Shown here: positions 12,019-22,756 of the stretch, piece by piece
Position numbering within the stretch: the stretch's first letter is position 1
Layout: the number at the start of each line of letters is the position of its first letter
NCBI RefSeq assembly: GCF_001194135.2
Contig: NC_068984.1
Span: forward strand, 39,953,246-39,990,859
Direction of reading: 5' to 3'
Source: Octopus bimaculoides
Taxonomy: Eukaryota
DNA: 37,614 bases
The notes under the pieces: model-generated
Told to the model about the DNA's origin: nothing
Seen by the model: the letters and a program-made list of their open reading frames with translations, nothing else
Databases searched by the model: none
Translations under genes and position numbers: made by a program

Positions 12019-12392
12019 ATAAGAGCACTCAGAGAGTACAAACACCCACCAAGGCAACACGAATGTCCTCTCAATGATTAGCCAGAGATGATTTTTAAAA
12101 TGAGAATATCTGAAATAAACTCGACTGCTCTCACAAACAAGAGTACAAAAATGAACCTGAGCGCTCTCAAAAATTAAGTAAAAAAAAAATTGGAAAAATA
12201 ATCCAGAATCCTTGTTTGGTACCAGATTGATCCCAAAATCTAATCGGGTTATGTCAGTCACAAGGCCAAACATCCCTAAAAGTTTCATCCGAACCCATCC
12301 TACAGTTCTTGAGATATCTTGTCCACGGACAAACAAACAGACAAATATGACTGAAAACAATACATCTGCCTTCGCTAAAGCAGAGGTAATAA
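12019..12392 (-). mobile_element. Non-autonomous Helentron-type element (HINE/DINE-1-like)
   Basis: The minus strand starts ATTACCTCTGC...GGCAGATGT...TTTGTCTGTTTGTTTGTCCGTGG...GGATGAAACTTT and ends GCCTTGGTGGGTGTTTGTACTCTCTGAGTGCTCTT. Both ends match recalled HINE termini. Confidence 0.7.
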
Positions 12393-13200
12393 TAGCAATA
12401 ATAGTAGAAGTAGTTTCAAGTTTTGATATGAAGCCAGCAGATTAAGGGGAAAAGGATGTCAATTACACCAAACCCTGTGCTCAGTTTGTACCTATTTTAT
12501 TGCCTCCAAAATGTTGGAAAAGCAAAGTCAATCTTAAATGTAAAGAGCTGGAAGAAATGCCACTAAGCCTGACATGCTAACAACTTTGCCAAGTCACCAC
12601 TGTTATAAGGCTTCAAATTTTGATACAAGGCCAGCAGTTTTAGGGAGAGGGGATTAGTTGATTACATTGTCACTAATACTGAACTTGTACTTCATTTTAT
12701 CAGCCCTGGAGGGATGAAAGGCAAAGTTGACCTCAGTGGGATTTGAACTCAGAATGTAAAGAGCTAAGCATTTTGTCTAATATGCTATTGATTCTGCCAG
12801 CTTGCTGTCTTAAGATCATAGACTTTGCTATGTCATATGACTTGGATGCTTAGTATCATGGAAGAGATCCTGAGACTCTTCACAACAGGTTATCTACTCT
12901 AACAGAATTAGCCAGAGCAAGAGAAACTGAGAGCTCTGAGAAGTGCAATGTACAATAATAATAATAATAATAATGATTTCAAATTTTGGCACAAGGCCAG
13001 CAAGTTCAGGGAAGATGTGTCGATCACATTGACCCCAGTGCTCAACTGGTACTTATTTTATCGACCCCAAAAAGATGAAAAGCAAAGACAACCCTGATGG
13101 CATTTGAACTTAGAACATATAGACAAAATGCTGCTTGGCATTTTGCCCAGTGTGCTAATGGTTTTGCCAGCTCATTGCCTTAACAATAACAATAATAATA

Positions 13201-14222
13201 TAAATGGATGCAGCAGACTGACACCAATAAAATACTTGCAAATAATATGACAAGGCAGCTCAATACATACACTGGTCAAAATGCTGCATGTACAACATCC
13301 CTCACAAAAATAGCAGGTGGGAACACAAACCACAAGTTGCCTAGGATGCTGAGGTTAACATCCTCTGGAATTTCAGTGTTCAGACTGATTGAGAAAACAG
13401 GAAAGCTAACGAGATCTCATTGTGAAAAATTATATTGAAAAAACTTATCTTCTGATTGATTTTGCAGTCCCAGTTGATGAAAACACATCTCTAAAAACAT
13501 TTGAGAAAGTGAGCAAATATGAGGATCTGGAGACTGAAAGCAGAATATCTCAAAACACCATTACCTATTATTATTATTGGGGTACTTGGAATGATATCAA
13601 GAGGAGCAAACAAATATGTAGACCAAATCCCTGGCAGCCCCAAAATAAGTGAATTGCAAAAGATCATACTTATGGGTACATCACGTATCTATACTATAAA
13701 AGGCAGATTTTCTGTGTGTGTGTGTATGTTTAAAATTCATACATTTACACAATTCCAACAAAGCAGCGCAAAAAGTTGTTTTGCACAAGCATTTCTATAG
13801 CCAATTAGACGGATGAAATTTACGTACGCTTAATAATGTTAAGCAAAACAGCCTTCAGACTTTCCCTATTAATTTCATCGTCTTTTGAATTATGAACATA
13901 TTTACGCCATAAGGGTTTTTTCGTTGTAAGGCTTTCTTTTTTAGTTGATTTTCACCTAGCAAGACTTATTGTAGATGGCGTAATAAGTCACACCCGGACA
14001 ACGTTGGGTTATACAGCTAGTTCTACATAAATTCCTCTGCATGTAAATGCAACCTTACTCATTCTGTCTTTTTTTTTTCTCCCACAGACATCAGTGTTTA
14101 AGTTACATAGCATCTCACCTGCAAGCATCTTTTGATGCAAAACTTTGTCCCTTGATGTCTCTGATTGAGACTTGGGTGTAACTCATAAATTAAAGCAAAA
14201 CCAAAACAATAATAATAATAAT
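13201..14222 (+). mobile_element. 5'-truncated R4/Dong-like non-LTR retrotransposon (restriction-like endonuclease domain, 3' UTR, (AAT)n tail), interrupted by a Helitron
   Basis: KTYLLIDFAVPVDENTSLKTFEKVSKYEDL...PIIIIGVLGMI...IPGSPKISELQKIILMGTSR matches the REL C-terminus of R4-clade ORFs; (AAT)n on both flanks. Confidence 0.75.
13688..14020 (+). mobile_element. Complete non-autonomous Helitron (333 bp)
   Basis: A|TCTATACTATAAAA 5' end; subterminal hairpin CCCGGACAACGTTGGG (13993-14008); CTAG|T 3' end; no TSD. Removing it restores the host ORF end MGTSRILHKFLCM*. Confidence 0.9.
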
Positions 14223-14989
14223 ACTTTCAAATTTTGGCACAAGGCCAGCAACTTCGGGGAAGGGGTTAGTCGATTACATCGACCCCAGTGTTCAACTGGT
14301 ACTTGTTTTATTGACCCAGAAGGATGTAAGGTAAAAATCGACCTTAGCAGAATTGGAGCTCAAAACGTAAAGACAGACAAAATGCCACTAAGCATTTTGT
14401 CCAGCATATTAACGATTCTGCCAGCTTACTACCTTAATAATGATAATAATAATAATAATGCTTTCTAATAATAATAATAATAATAATGCTTTCTAATAAT
14501 AATAATAATAATCAGAAAGACAATACCCATGAATAGGTTGTTACAACCTTGAGACAGTGTTGATACGTTATACCTACCATGGAAGTGTTGGAGAATAAAT
14601 GAATGATGACAAATTTAATGAAAGGGAAAAGTAATCATGTGTGTAAATTTACCAGCTGTCAACCAAGTATGTCCCAAATTCTCTTATTTCCCACTTGTAC
14701 ACAAGGCACCAGACTCTGATGAACAAACAAGCCAATAACTTTACCACAGAAAACCCTAACCCTCTTCCTGTAAGTTCAAAAAACCTTTAGGGCAGCAACC
14801 ATAAATATAGGTACAATGGATCTGTACTGTGTGCCACAGTTAACATGGAAGAGATGCTCAACCAAATTCCTCACAAGTTTATTTATAAGCAACTCAAATA
14901 GAAATATTTATCTAGATATACACCCCAAAGGTAGAGCCTGTCACAAGAACAGGACCACTTCTATGAGACTCATCTGCAGATTTCCTCAT

Positions 14990-15480
14990 CAACAGCTGAC
15001 AGTGACCATTTAATCATGGCTGGTGACTTCAATGGACATGTTGGCAAACACATTGATGGCTTCTGCAACACACATGACAGTTATGATTATGGCTTGAGAA
15101 ATGAGGAGGGTGTAGGCTCTTGGTGTTCTGTGATGCAACTGGCTTAACAATTTGCAACACTCTCTTTAAGAAACTGACCAACCACCTCATCATCTACCAC
15201 TCTGGCAAATACACAAATCAGATAAATTACATTCTTTCTAAGAAATGGAACAGAAGGGCTATTGTAAATACCAAAACATTTCCTAGTGAAGAATGTACTA
15301 CACAACATAGGTTAGTAACTCCATACTTGGATCTAGGCAGACACAGAAATGAAAGGTGGTATGAAGAAAGATCTGGAAACTAAAACATCCTGGGATTGGG
15401 AATAGATTTAGATAAATTCTAGAAAGAGTTGGATACCTGTAGCACAGATGACAATTGGGAATTTTTATGAAACAACTTGC
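14990..15480 (+). mobile_element. RTE LINE apurinic-endonuclease domain fossil
   Basis: DHLIMAGDFNGHVGK...GLRNEEG...CNTLFKK...QINYIL...PSEECTTQHRLV, with frameshifts. Confidence 0.85.
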
Positions 15481-15489
15481 TTAAAACAA

Positions 15490-15695
15490 GTATGCTCGTG
15501 ATTGTGGTGTTATTCATTTCCAATCTTCTGTGAAAATGTGCCTTTCCATGGGGAAATATTACTTTGTTTGCAGACAGGTGGAGGTTGGTGAAGGATGTAC
15601 ATCCAACTGTAGGAAATCATCCTTAATGGACTATGTCTGATCTGACCCATGTAAACAAGGAAAAGTGGATATTAAAACAATGACAATGATGATGA
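15490..15695 (+). mobile_element. SINE family B 3' half
   Basis: CCAATCTTCTGTGAAAA...GGGGAAATATTAC...GGATATTAAAACAATGAC. Confidence 0.7.
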
Positions 15696-15696
15696 T

Positions 15697-15940
15697 CTAT
15701 TACTCTTTCATTGGATTCAGTCATTGTACTGTGGTCATACTGAAGCAATGCCTTCTAGAGTACAGTTGTTGAGATTGACTCCCAGTAAATATTTTAATGA
15801 ACAGACCATATTTTATGGATTATAGAAGGACAAAAGTTAAAGTGAACTCAGGCAGAATTTGAATTTATAAGATAAAGGCAGACAAGCAAAAACAATATAG
15901 CATTTCTGTGTAATATTCTACCAATTGTGCCATGTACCCA
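15697..15940 (-). mobile_element. Degenerate SINE with family C head/body and CR1-type tail
   Basis: TTCAGTCATTGTACTGTGGTCATACTG (tail as in 23680-23740) is joined to GCAGAATTTGAA...GCATTT (family C body). Confidence 0.5.
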
Positions 15941-16023
15941 CCACACACAGACACATTCACCTATATGCACACATTTCTTTTTGTAAAGATGAAATGATGA
16001 GAGTCATCACAATTTATATATAA

Positions 16024-16284
16024 NNNNNNNNNNNNNNNNNNNNNNNNNNNNNNNNNNNNNNNNNNNNNNNNNNNNNNNNNNNNNNNNNNNNNNNNNNNNN
16101 NNNNNNNNNNNNNNNNNNNNNNNNNNNNNNNNNNNNNNNNNNNNNNNNNNNNNNNNNNNNNNNNNNNNNNNNNNNNNNNNNNNNNNNNNNNNNNNNNNNN
16201 NNNNNNNNNNNNNNNNNNNNNNNNNNNNNNNNNNNNNNNNNNNNNNNNNNNNNNNNNNNNNNNNNNNNNNNNNNNNNNNNNNNN
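16024..16284. other. Assembly gap flanked by an identical 53-bp sequence (15971-16023 = 16285-16337)
   Basis: Direct reading; typical of overlapping contig ends. Confidence 0.85.
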
Positions 16285-16376
16285 ACATTTCTTTTTGTAA
16301 AGATGAAATGATGAGAGTCATCACAATTTATATATAACACTTTTTCAAGTAAATTACAAGATTGTTTTTTTTTCTG

Positions 16377-16650
16377 CATCATCATCATCATCATCGTTTA
16401 ACGTCCGCTTTCCATGCTAGCATGGGTTGGACGATTTGACTGAGGACTGGTGAAACCGGATGGCAACACCAGGCTCCAGTCTGATTTGGCAGAGTTTCTA
16501 CAGCTGGATGCCCTTCCTAACGCCAACCACTCAGAGAGTGTAGTGGGTGCTTTTACGTGTCACCCGCACGAAAACGGCCACGCTCGAAATGGTGTCTTTT
16601 ATGTGCCACCCGCACAAGCCAGTCCAGGGGCACTGGCAACGATCTCGCTC
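16377..16650 (-). mobile_element. RTE LINE 3' end, young copy
   Basis: 16377-16619 is the reverse complement of about 1-240, with no mismatch found by eye. Confidence 0.88.
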
Positions 16651-16776
16651 GCAAGAAATAACCAAATAAATTATACTGAATATTATATTTCAAACCAATA
16701 GGAATGATATCACACAGCTTACTTGAGAGAGAAATAGATAGAAAAAGAAATTGAAAAAGTATTACAATTTACTTAT

Positions 16777-17066
16777 CATCATCATTGTTTACGGTCCGCT
16801 TTCCATGCTAGCATGGGTTGGACGATTTGACTGAGGACTGGTGAAACCAGATGGCTACACCAGGCTCCAGTCTGATTTGGCAGAGTTTCTACAGCTGGAT
16901 GCCCTTCCTAACGCCAACCACTCCGAGAGTGTAGTGGGTGCTTTTTACATGCCACCGGCACGAAGGCCAGTCAGGCGGTACTGGCAACAGCCACGCTCAA
17001 AATGATGTATTTTATGTGTCACCCACACAAGAGCCAGTCCAGGGGCACTGGCAACGATCTCACTCG
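16777..17066 (-). mobile_element. RTE LINE 3' end, second adjacent copy (related subfamily)
   Basis: Same tail with a few substitutions; two approximately 65-bp UTR repeat units. Confidence 0.85.
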
Positions 17067-17131
17067 AAAATCCTTACACATGTCAGCAATTAAAAATAAC
17101 ATAAAACACAGATGTAATAAATTAAATTCTA

Positions 17132-17137
17132 TTTATT
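17132..17137 (-). promoter_or_regulatory. Probable polyadenylation signal (AATAAA) of MRPL45
   Basis: TTTATT on the plus strand, about 45 nt downstream of the MRPL45 stop codon. Confidence 0.55.
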
Positions 17138-17179
17138 AAACCATAAAAAAAAGTTGTCAATAATTGAAAGTCTATCAGA

Positions 17180-17449
17180 TTAGGTAGTTGCATGTTGACG
17201 CTGATTTTCTTTAGTATCATCTTCATTGTTTTCTACATCCTCTTCAATGGGATCAAATTTAGGCAATTGATATGTTCGAAGGATAGGGTCTCTAGGTGGC
17301 ATCCATTCCGGATTTATCTTCCCGTGAATTCTCCACTGGCCATATATGTTTGATATATGATTTTCAAATACAACATATTCCAAAACATCTTTTATGAGAT
17401 TTTCACTACCATACATTAGACGACCAAATCGGTCATAAATCGCCAGGCA
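17180..17449 (-). CDS. MRPL45: MRPL45 last coding exon (mitochondrial ribosomal protein L45, Tim44-like domain)
   Basis: [49 protein letters not shown] closely matches the recalled human [32 protein letters not shown]...YGSWRMHTKIVPPW; TTTCAG acceptor, phase 0; TAA stop. Confidence 0.95.
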   Translation of the reverse strand, partial: CLAIYDRFGRLMYGSENLIKDVLEYVVFENHISNIYGQWRIHGKINPEWMPPRDPILRTYQLPKFDPIEEDVENNEDDTKENQRQHATT

Positions 17450-17604
17450 CTGAAACGAAAACAAATTTTAAAACTGAAGCCAAGATAATTGCAGCAAAAA
17501 AAAAAAAAGATTTATTGTAGATACTGGATATGTGCATGATAAGACTTATTTTAAGAAGTAGAGCTGAAAAACTTCCATATTACTTACAACTGTAATACAT
17601 GAAC

Positions 17605-17634
17605 ACGCATACACACACGCACACACACACACAC

Positions 17635-17669
<35 letters not shown>
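17605..17669. repeat. (CA)n microsatellite
   Basis: Direct reading. Confidence 0.95.
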
Positions 17670-17673
<4 letters not shown>

Positions 17674-17770
17674 TTATAGGTCTTCTGTCTGTCTGAAGAT
17701 TAATATTCCAGTGTTTTAATCAACTAAGCTATCTATTCACTGAATTATAGTATAAAGTGGTACAGTATTC

Positions 17771-17965
17771 TTAACCCTTTAGCATTCAGATTCCTCAATC
17801 ACATGTAATGCTTATTTATTAACATCATGCATTATCATAATTTGATAATTTATTTTCAGAATGACATTGTAGTGTAGGTGTTAGAGGCTGGATCTGGCTG
17901 GTTTGAACATAAAACATGTAGAATATTTGGGCTGGATATGGCTAGTTTAAATGCTAAAGGGTTAA
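17771..17965. mobile_element. piggyBac-type MITE
   Basis: TTAA|CCCTTTAGCATT ... AATGCTAAAGGG|TTAA: TIRs plus TTAA target duplication. Confidence 0.85.
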
Positions 17966-18194
17966 TGTAATCCTTAGGGAGAATCAGCAGGACACAGTGA
18001 GTGCATGTGTGTGTGGGTAAACCATTTGAATTAGAGGTACAATCCATCTAATCGGTTTTTAAAGTTTCTTTCTACTATATTTCAATCACAGTACTAGGAT
18101 GACCTGAGGTTATTGCAGTGAAAATTTCATAATGGTGAAAAGAATTTCTTAAATACTCAATCATGCCTTTGCTCACACATATCCATATTGTATA

Positions 18195-18948
18195 TATTAG
18201 GTCATCCTATAAATAATGTGCTTTTTTTCAAGTGCATGAACTAAAACTTGGAGGGGGATGGGATAAACTACCTGCATCAACTTACTATAAAAAGCAAGTA
18301 GTAATTTTACCTTGTACTAATTCTTAGTGCAAGTTTTGAAGAGTGCAGTTCGATTTTAACAGCTATTTTTTTAAAGCTATAATAGAAGTGACAAAGGAGA
18401 ATATTTAGTATATTTTGCTTTATGAGTTCAATAAAGGCAACAACGCAACAGAAAGTGCGAGGAATATTAATGCAGTATATGGGGATCGGACAAGCATAAG
18501 CCAGTGTCAATGGTGGTTCCAGAAATTCTGAGCCTCGTCCTGGAAGGTCTGTAGAACTTGACGACGATGTCCTGCAAACTCTGGTGGAAAAAAATCCCAT
18601 TGTAACTGTTGAGGAACAAGCAGAGAAGCTTGGATTTGGTCATTCAACTATTCATCAACACTTGCATGCCATTGAAAAAGTCAGCAAATTGGGTCAATGG
18701 GTTCCTCACAAACTTTCCGAGTCTAATCGCAGGCAGAAAGTGAATGTGTGTTATTCTTTGCTATCATGTCTCACGAATGAACCTTTTTTTTAGACTGAAT
18801 AGTGACTGTAATGAGTAATGGGTTCTCTATAAAAATGTCAAGTGCCGAAGACAGTGGGTAGGGAAAAGAGAAACATTGGCACCCCAGGCTGAAGAAAGTC
18901 TTCACCCATGCAAGGTGTTATTATCTGTTTGGTGGGATATGAAAGGTA
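18195..18948 (+). mobile_element. Mariner transposon 5' part, degenerate transposase
   Basis: TIR TATTAGGTCATCC; HTH region, LGQWVPHKL motif and LLSVWWDMKG; homologous to 27689-28770. Confidence 0.85.
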
Positions 18949-19930
18949 TTAATGTTTGAAAATGAGATATAGTTTATCATTGAAAGGCTTGTAAAACCTT
19001 CTAAAAAATTTTTTTGAGAAAATGTTTTTAATTTAATATTGTCCCTTCTCAGTAACTTTCTTCACATGATTTATTTGGACCTGTATAATTTGCAAAACTA
19101 ATTCATTAATTATAAAACAATCAGATCAACCACAGCAGATAGAGCCAATAGGATTAATGCTTCAGTGCTGGTAAATGATAGTAGTCTGTATCTCTGGTAG
19201 AGATACTTAACTCTCAGACACCAAAACCATCTCACTATAAATAGAAACCATATGAAGGTACAAGTCATTGCTGTCAGCAGTGTGGATATTGCCAAATTGA
19301 TGAATGTCGTACCCAATTATGTTCTTTAACTAGCTTCACTTGATAGCTAACAGCTTTCCCCAAGTCACTCAATAAAAAAACACTTATCATCATCTTTTGT
19401 GGTGGTCGAATGAACTCTAAAACATATTGGCATCAAGAATTGTTAAGTACTAATTACCACAGAAAAAAAAGTGACGCATGAGAGGGAAGAAACTGCAAAG
19501 AGCTGAAGTTATATGCAGACAGCAACTGAGTAATTTCCCTGGTTTATTTTTTAATATGGTAGTATACATGCTTACACATATTCATTATGGTAAATCTACT
19601 TAATGTTTATCTTCACTACTTTGACAAGTAGAGTGAGGGTTCTGCTTAACTGAGGAGGTCTAATAAACTTGAAATATGCTGGAAGTTTTCTCCTGTACTT
19701 GATGAAATGATTAAAATAACATTACTCTTTATGCTAATGTCTTTTGTTTACCATATAATTATTAAGTAGCATTCTGATGCTCAGTACATGTTAACAATTG
19801 ATTATATAATTAAGTTAGTAGAGACGGTCATAACAAAACAAGTCTTTGAAAGAGAGAGAGACAGACAGAGGCTTAGTCTTTTGCTAATGAACTGTTTCTT
19901 TATGTCTGATGATATGTATATGGGAATGAT

Positions 19931-19933
<3 letters not shown>

Positions 19934-19983
<50 letters not shown>

Positions 19984-19984
19984 A
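19934..19984. repeat. (TG)n(AG)n microsatellite
   Basis: Direct reading. Confidence 0.9.
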
Positions 19985-20466
19985 ATGGGAATAGTACCAG
20001 GACACCTACATAACCTGTTAGATGGTGAAATATGCAAAATCTCTGAGAAGGATTTTGTGTTCCTTCCAGTTTAATTGTGCAACACTAAATCTACTCTGAA
20101 TAGTTATGTGAAGTTTTCCATCTAGTTTATAATTATATCCAGAACTATGAGGGTCAAATAATGGGTTATGGCTTTGAAAACCATGTAAAAAGAAGTAAAT
20201 ACATGTTTCATGTTATCAAGTCATTATTTTTTCAATTAATTCTTTACTCAATTATAATTTCTATAGAAAGAAATTCTCACTAATTGCAATGTCATCTTAT
20301 GCTTATGCTACATTATCTTCTCTTAAAAGTTTAATTGTAAAATTTATTAACGATACCCAAACATCTCAGAAAATATCTATGGATGTAAGAATGAAGAATA
20401 TATCTATAATATGCCATATAGTTCTGGAATAGCTAACAATTTACTAAAAACTGAAAACATGGGTAT

Positions 20467-20675
20467 CTAACCCTTTAACATTCAGATTACTCTGTTAGAT
20501 GGAACGCTTATTTATTCATGCATTATCTCATAGCTTTGAGATTCTGATAATGTGATTGTTTATTTTTAGAAGGGCATTACAGGGTAGGTAGGAGAGACTG
20601 GTGCTGGCTGGTGTGAACATAACACAGGTAGACTATCTGAACCAGATGTAGCCAGTTTAAATGCTTAAGAGTTAA
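20467..20675. mobile_element. piggyBac-type MITE, older copy of the 17771-17965 family
   Basis: CTAACCCTTTAACATTCAGATT ... AAATGCTTAAGAGTTAA; internal homology to the first copy. Confidence 0.75.
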
Positions 20676-21166
20676 GGTAAACCACAATTACCAGTGTTAA
20701 AATCTAGGATATCAATGTTGGAAATTAACAATCAACTCGAGTAATTGTGCAAATTTTTCTTGTGTAATATTCTTAACTTGTAGATTCCAATCACTCTCTC
20801 TCTTTCTCTCTCTCTCTCACACACACATTGAATTTTGAATTATAAGCAGCTCTATTAATGTAAACATTATTGATGTCACATACTGTCTGTGATTGTTTAT
20901 GTACTTATTAGCTGCAGAGGGAAAAGTCCCTTCAAGATACAAAGTGTGTGTGTATATAATTTTAATAAAATGCATTATTACATTAATCTTATGTTTAAGT
21001 ACATCTTGTGGCATTTAAAGTAAAAATAGGGATAGTCATTTTGAAAGTAACAAATACAATACATTTAACTAAAAAATCTTAAACATAGGCATCTATAAGT
21101 ACCAAACCAATACTTTAAAATAAATAATGTATAAGACAAATACCATTAAAAATTCAGAATACTGAC

Positions 21167-21316
21167 CTGTTGGGTGTGTAAGCGGATTGTAATCTGAGCA
21201 TAAAGGTTTTCTTTACTTAATAATTCTGTGACACGAACATGAACTACACGAGGAGGTTCAAGGGAACCAACAAATTTCCAGCGACAAGTTTTCAGATCAA
21301 GTCCATGTGTTAATTC
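21167..21316 (-). CDS. MRPL45: MRPL45 internal exon (150 nt)
   Basis: ELTHGLDLKTCRWKFVGSLEPPRVVHVRVTELLSKENLYAQITIRLHTQQ; TTCAG acceptor and GTCAGT donor; phase 0/0. Confidence 0.95.
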
Positions 21317-22054
21317 CTGAATAGAGAACGTAAGTAACCATGTAAATAAAATAAATTATCACTCTATAGAGTCAATAACAATACAAGTATCAATTGAAAC
21401 CCAGAGCTGTGGGTGGCTCTATATGCACAGAAATAGATGCAATCTCTTCCCACCATCTTTCTTGGTCACTAGCCCATCTCATGTTTGCCATCATCTTCCT
21501 CCCTATTCATTCCTTGATGCTGCTCAGCTATCCCCATTTTAGACTTCTTTTATCTCTTTTACTTAGAGTTTGTGAATATTCACTAGAGGAGTCTACAAGT
21601 CACACTGAAAGCAACTTGTTTAGGAGAGTAATAACTCTAATTAAGAATTAATGCAGAGTAGAGATGATACTTTTGTTCTTCAGCAGACTTCTTTAGTGCT
21701 AGTGGCATGAAAAAAATGCACTCAGTCCATGTCATAAAATTGCTGGTAATAAGAAGAGTATCCATTTGTAAAAAAAAGAACCCATAAAACACACACAAAA
21801 CAATAAAGCTAGCCTGTTTCCTTTGTTAATACGTATGCCAGATAATGAAGGATTGTGTAGATAACAAACTGCTATGAAACCCAATCAACCCATGTTGGTA
21901 TGGAAAAATGGTTGTAAGATGACAACGACAATGATGATGATGATGATGATGAAAGAAAAATACAATCATCAATTTCTGTGGTGTTTTCAATAGGGATTTC
22001 AGATCACAGATATATTTTAAAATGCTTAATCTATAGCAAAACAGTGAAGGCACA

Positions 22055-22320
22055 TGGCATAGAGGTTAGGGTGTTTGGTTTATGAACATAATATTGTGGG
22101 TTAAATTCCTTGACAGGACAACATGTTGTGTCCTTGAGCAAGGCACTTCATTTCACATTCCTCCAGTCTCTTCAACTGAAAATAAGTACCAACCAAGTGC
22201 TGGTGCAGCTCTCTCACCCTCCAGCTGCCATGTTGAATGTAGTACTGGGTCAAAAGATGGGAAAGTCAAGAGGGTGTCTATGCCTGCTCATGACTACATA
22301 AGTACTCAAAACAATTAATT
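22055..22320 (+). mobile_element. tRNA-headed CORE-like SINE, degenerate
   Basis: GAGGTTAGGGTGTTTGG head; GTGTCCTTGAGCAAGGCACTTCATTTCACATT. Confidence 0.65.
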
Positions 22321-22489
22321 AATCCACACTCATTTGTGAGTGATAGCTGGCTCTTTATGTGCAGAGTAACTTGAAAAATTCAGTTTCATATGAAAAAGCA
22401 ATTTTTATTGCCTATAGTGAATATTCAGCTCACTTGATGGACTTAATAATTTCTATTAGCTAGGCGATCTAGTTAATACCTCCAAGACC

Positions 22490-22756
22490 ATTGGTGATAT
22501 GCCATGCTTGAGAAGAGCCATCAAGCCAAATGAAATCATACTTGTTGCTGATGCCTGTGTCATGTAACTGGCATCTGTGCCGGTGATACATAAAAAGCAC
22601 TCTTTACACTCTTGGAATGGTTGGCATTAGGAAGGGCATCCAGCTATAGAAACCATGCCATATCAGACAGGAACTTGGTGCAGCTCTCCAGCATACCAGT
22701 TTCAGTCAAACCGTTTAACCCATGTCAGCATGGAAAGCAAGCGCTAAATGATGATG
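22490..22756 (+). mobile_element. Older RTE-type 3' tail
   Basis: GGTTGGCATTAGGAAGGGCATCCAGCTATAGAAAC...AACCCATGTCAGCATGGAAAGC...GATGATG. Confidence 0.7.

Larger units (their letters stand above)
10668..14434 (-). mobile_element. Array of eight SINE family C copies, all minus-oriented, mostly linked by (AAT)n
   Basis: Copies at about 10668-10910, 10911-11161, 11162-11394, 11395-11680, 12393-12602, 12610-12811, 12954-13181 and 14207-14434. They share variants of GGCACAAGG...GACCCCAGTG...GAAAGGCAAAGT...ATTTGAACTCAG...TTCTGCCAGCT. Confidence 0.85.

Noticed and set aside
11845-12360. 171-aa minus-strand ORF
   Set aside because: It runs through the HINE element, a microsatellite and the 90-bp duplication; no protein family signal.
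10668-14434. Repeat-spacer appearance of the SINE chain as a CRISPR-like array
   Set aside because: The units are ~200-bp diverged tRNA-derived SINEs with microsatellite linkers in a eukaryotic genome, and there are no cas genes.
15971-16337. 53-bp exact direct repeat flanking the gap, resembling an LTR or TSD
   Set aside because: It abuts the N-run on both sides, the signature of overlapping contig ends.
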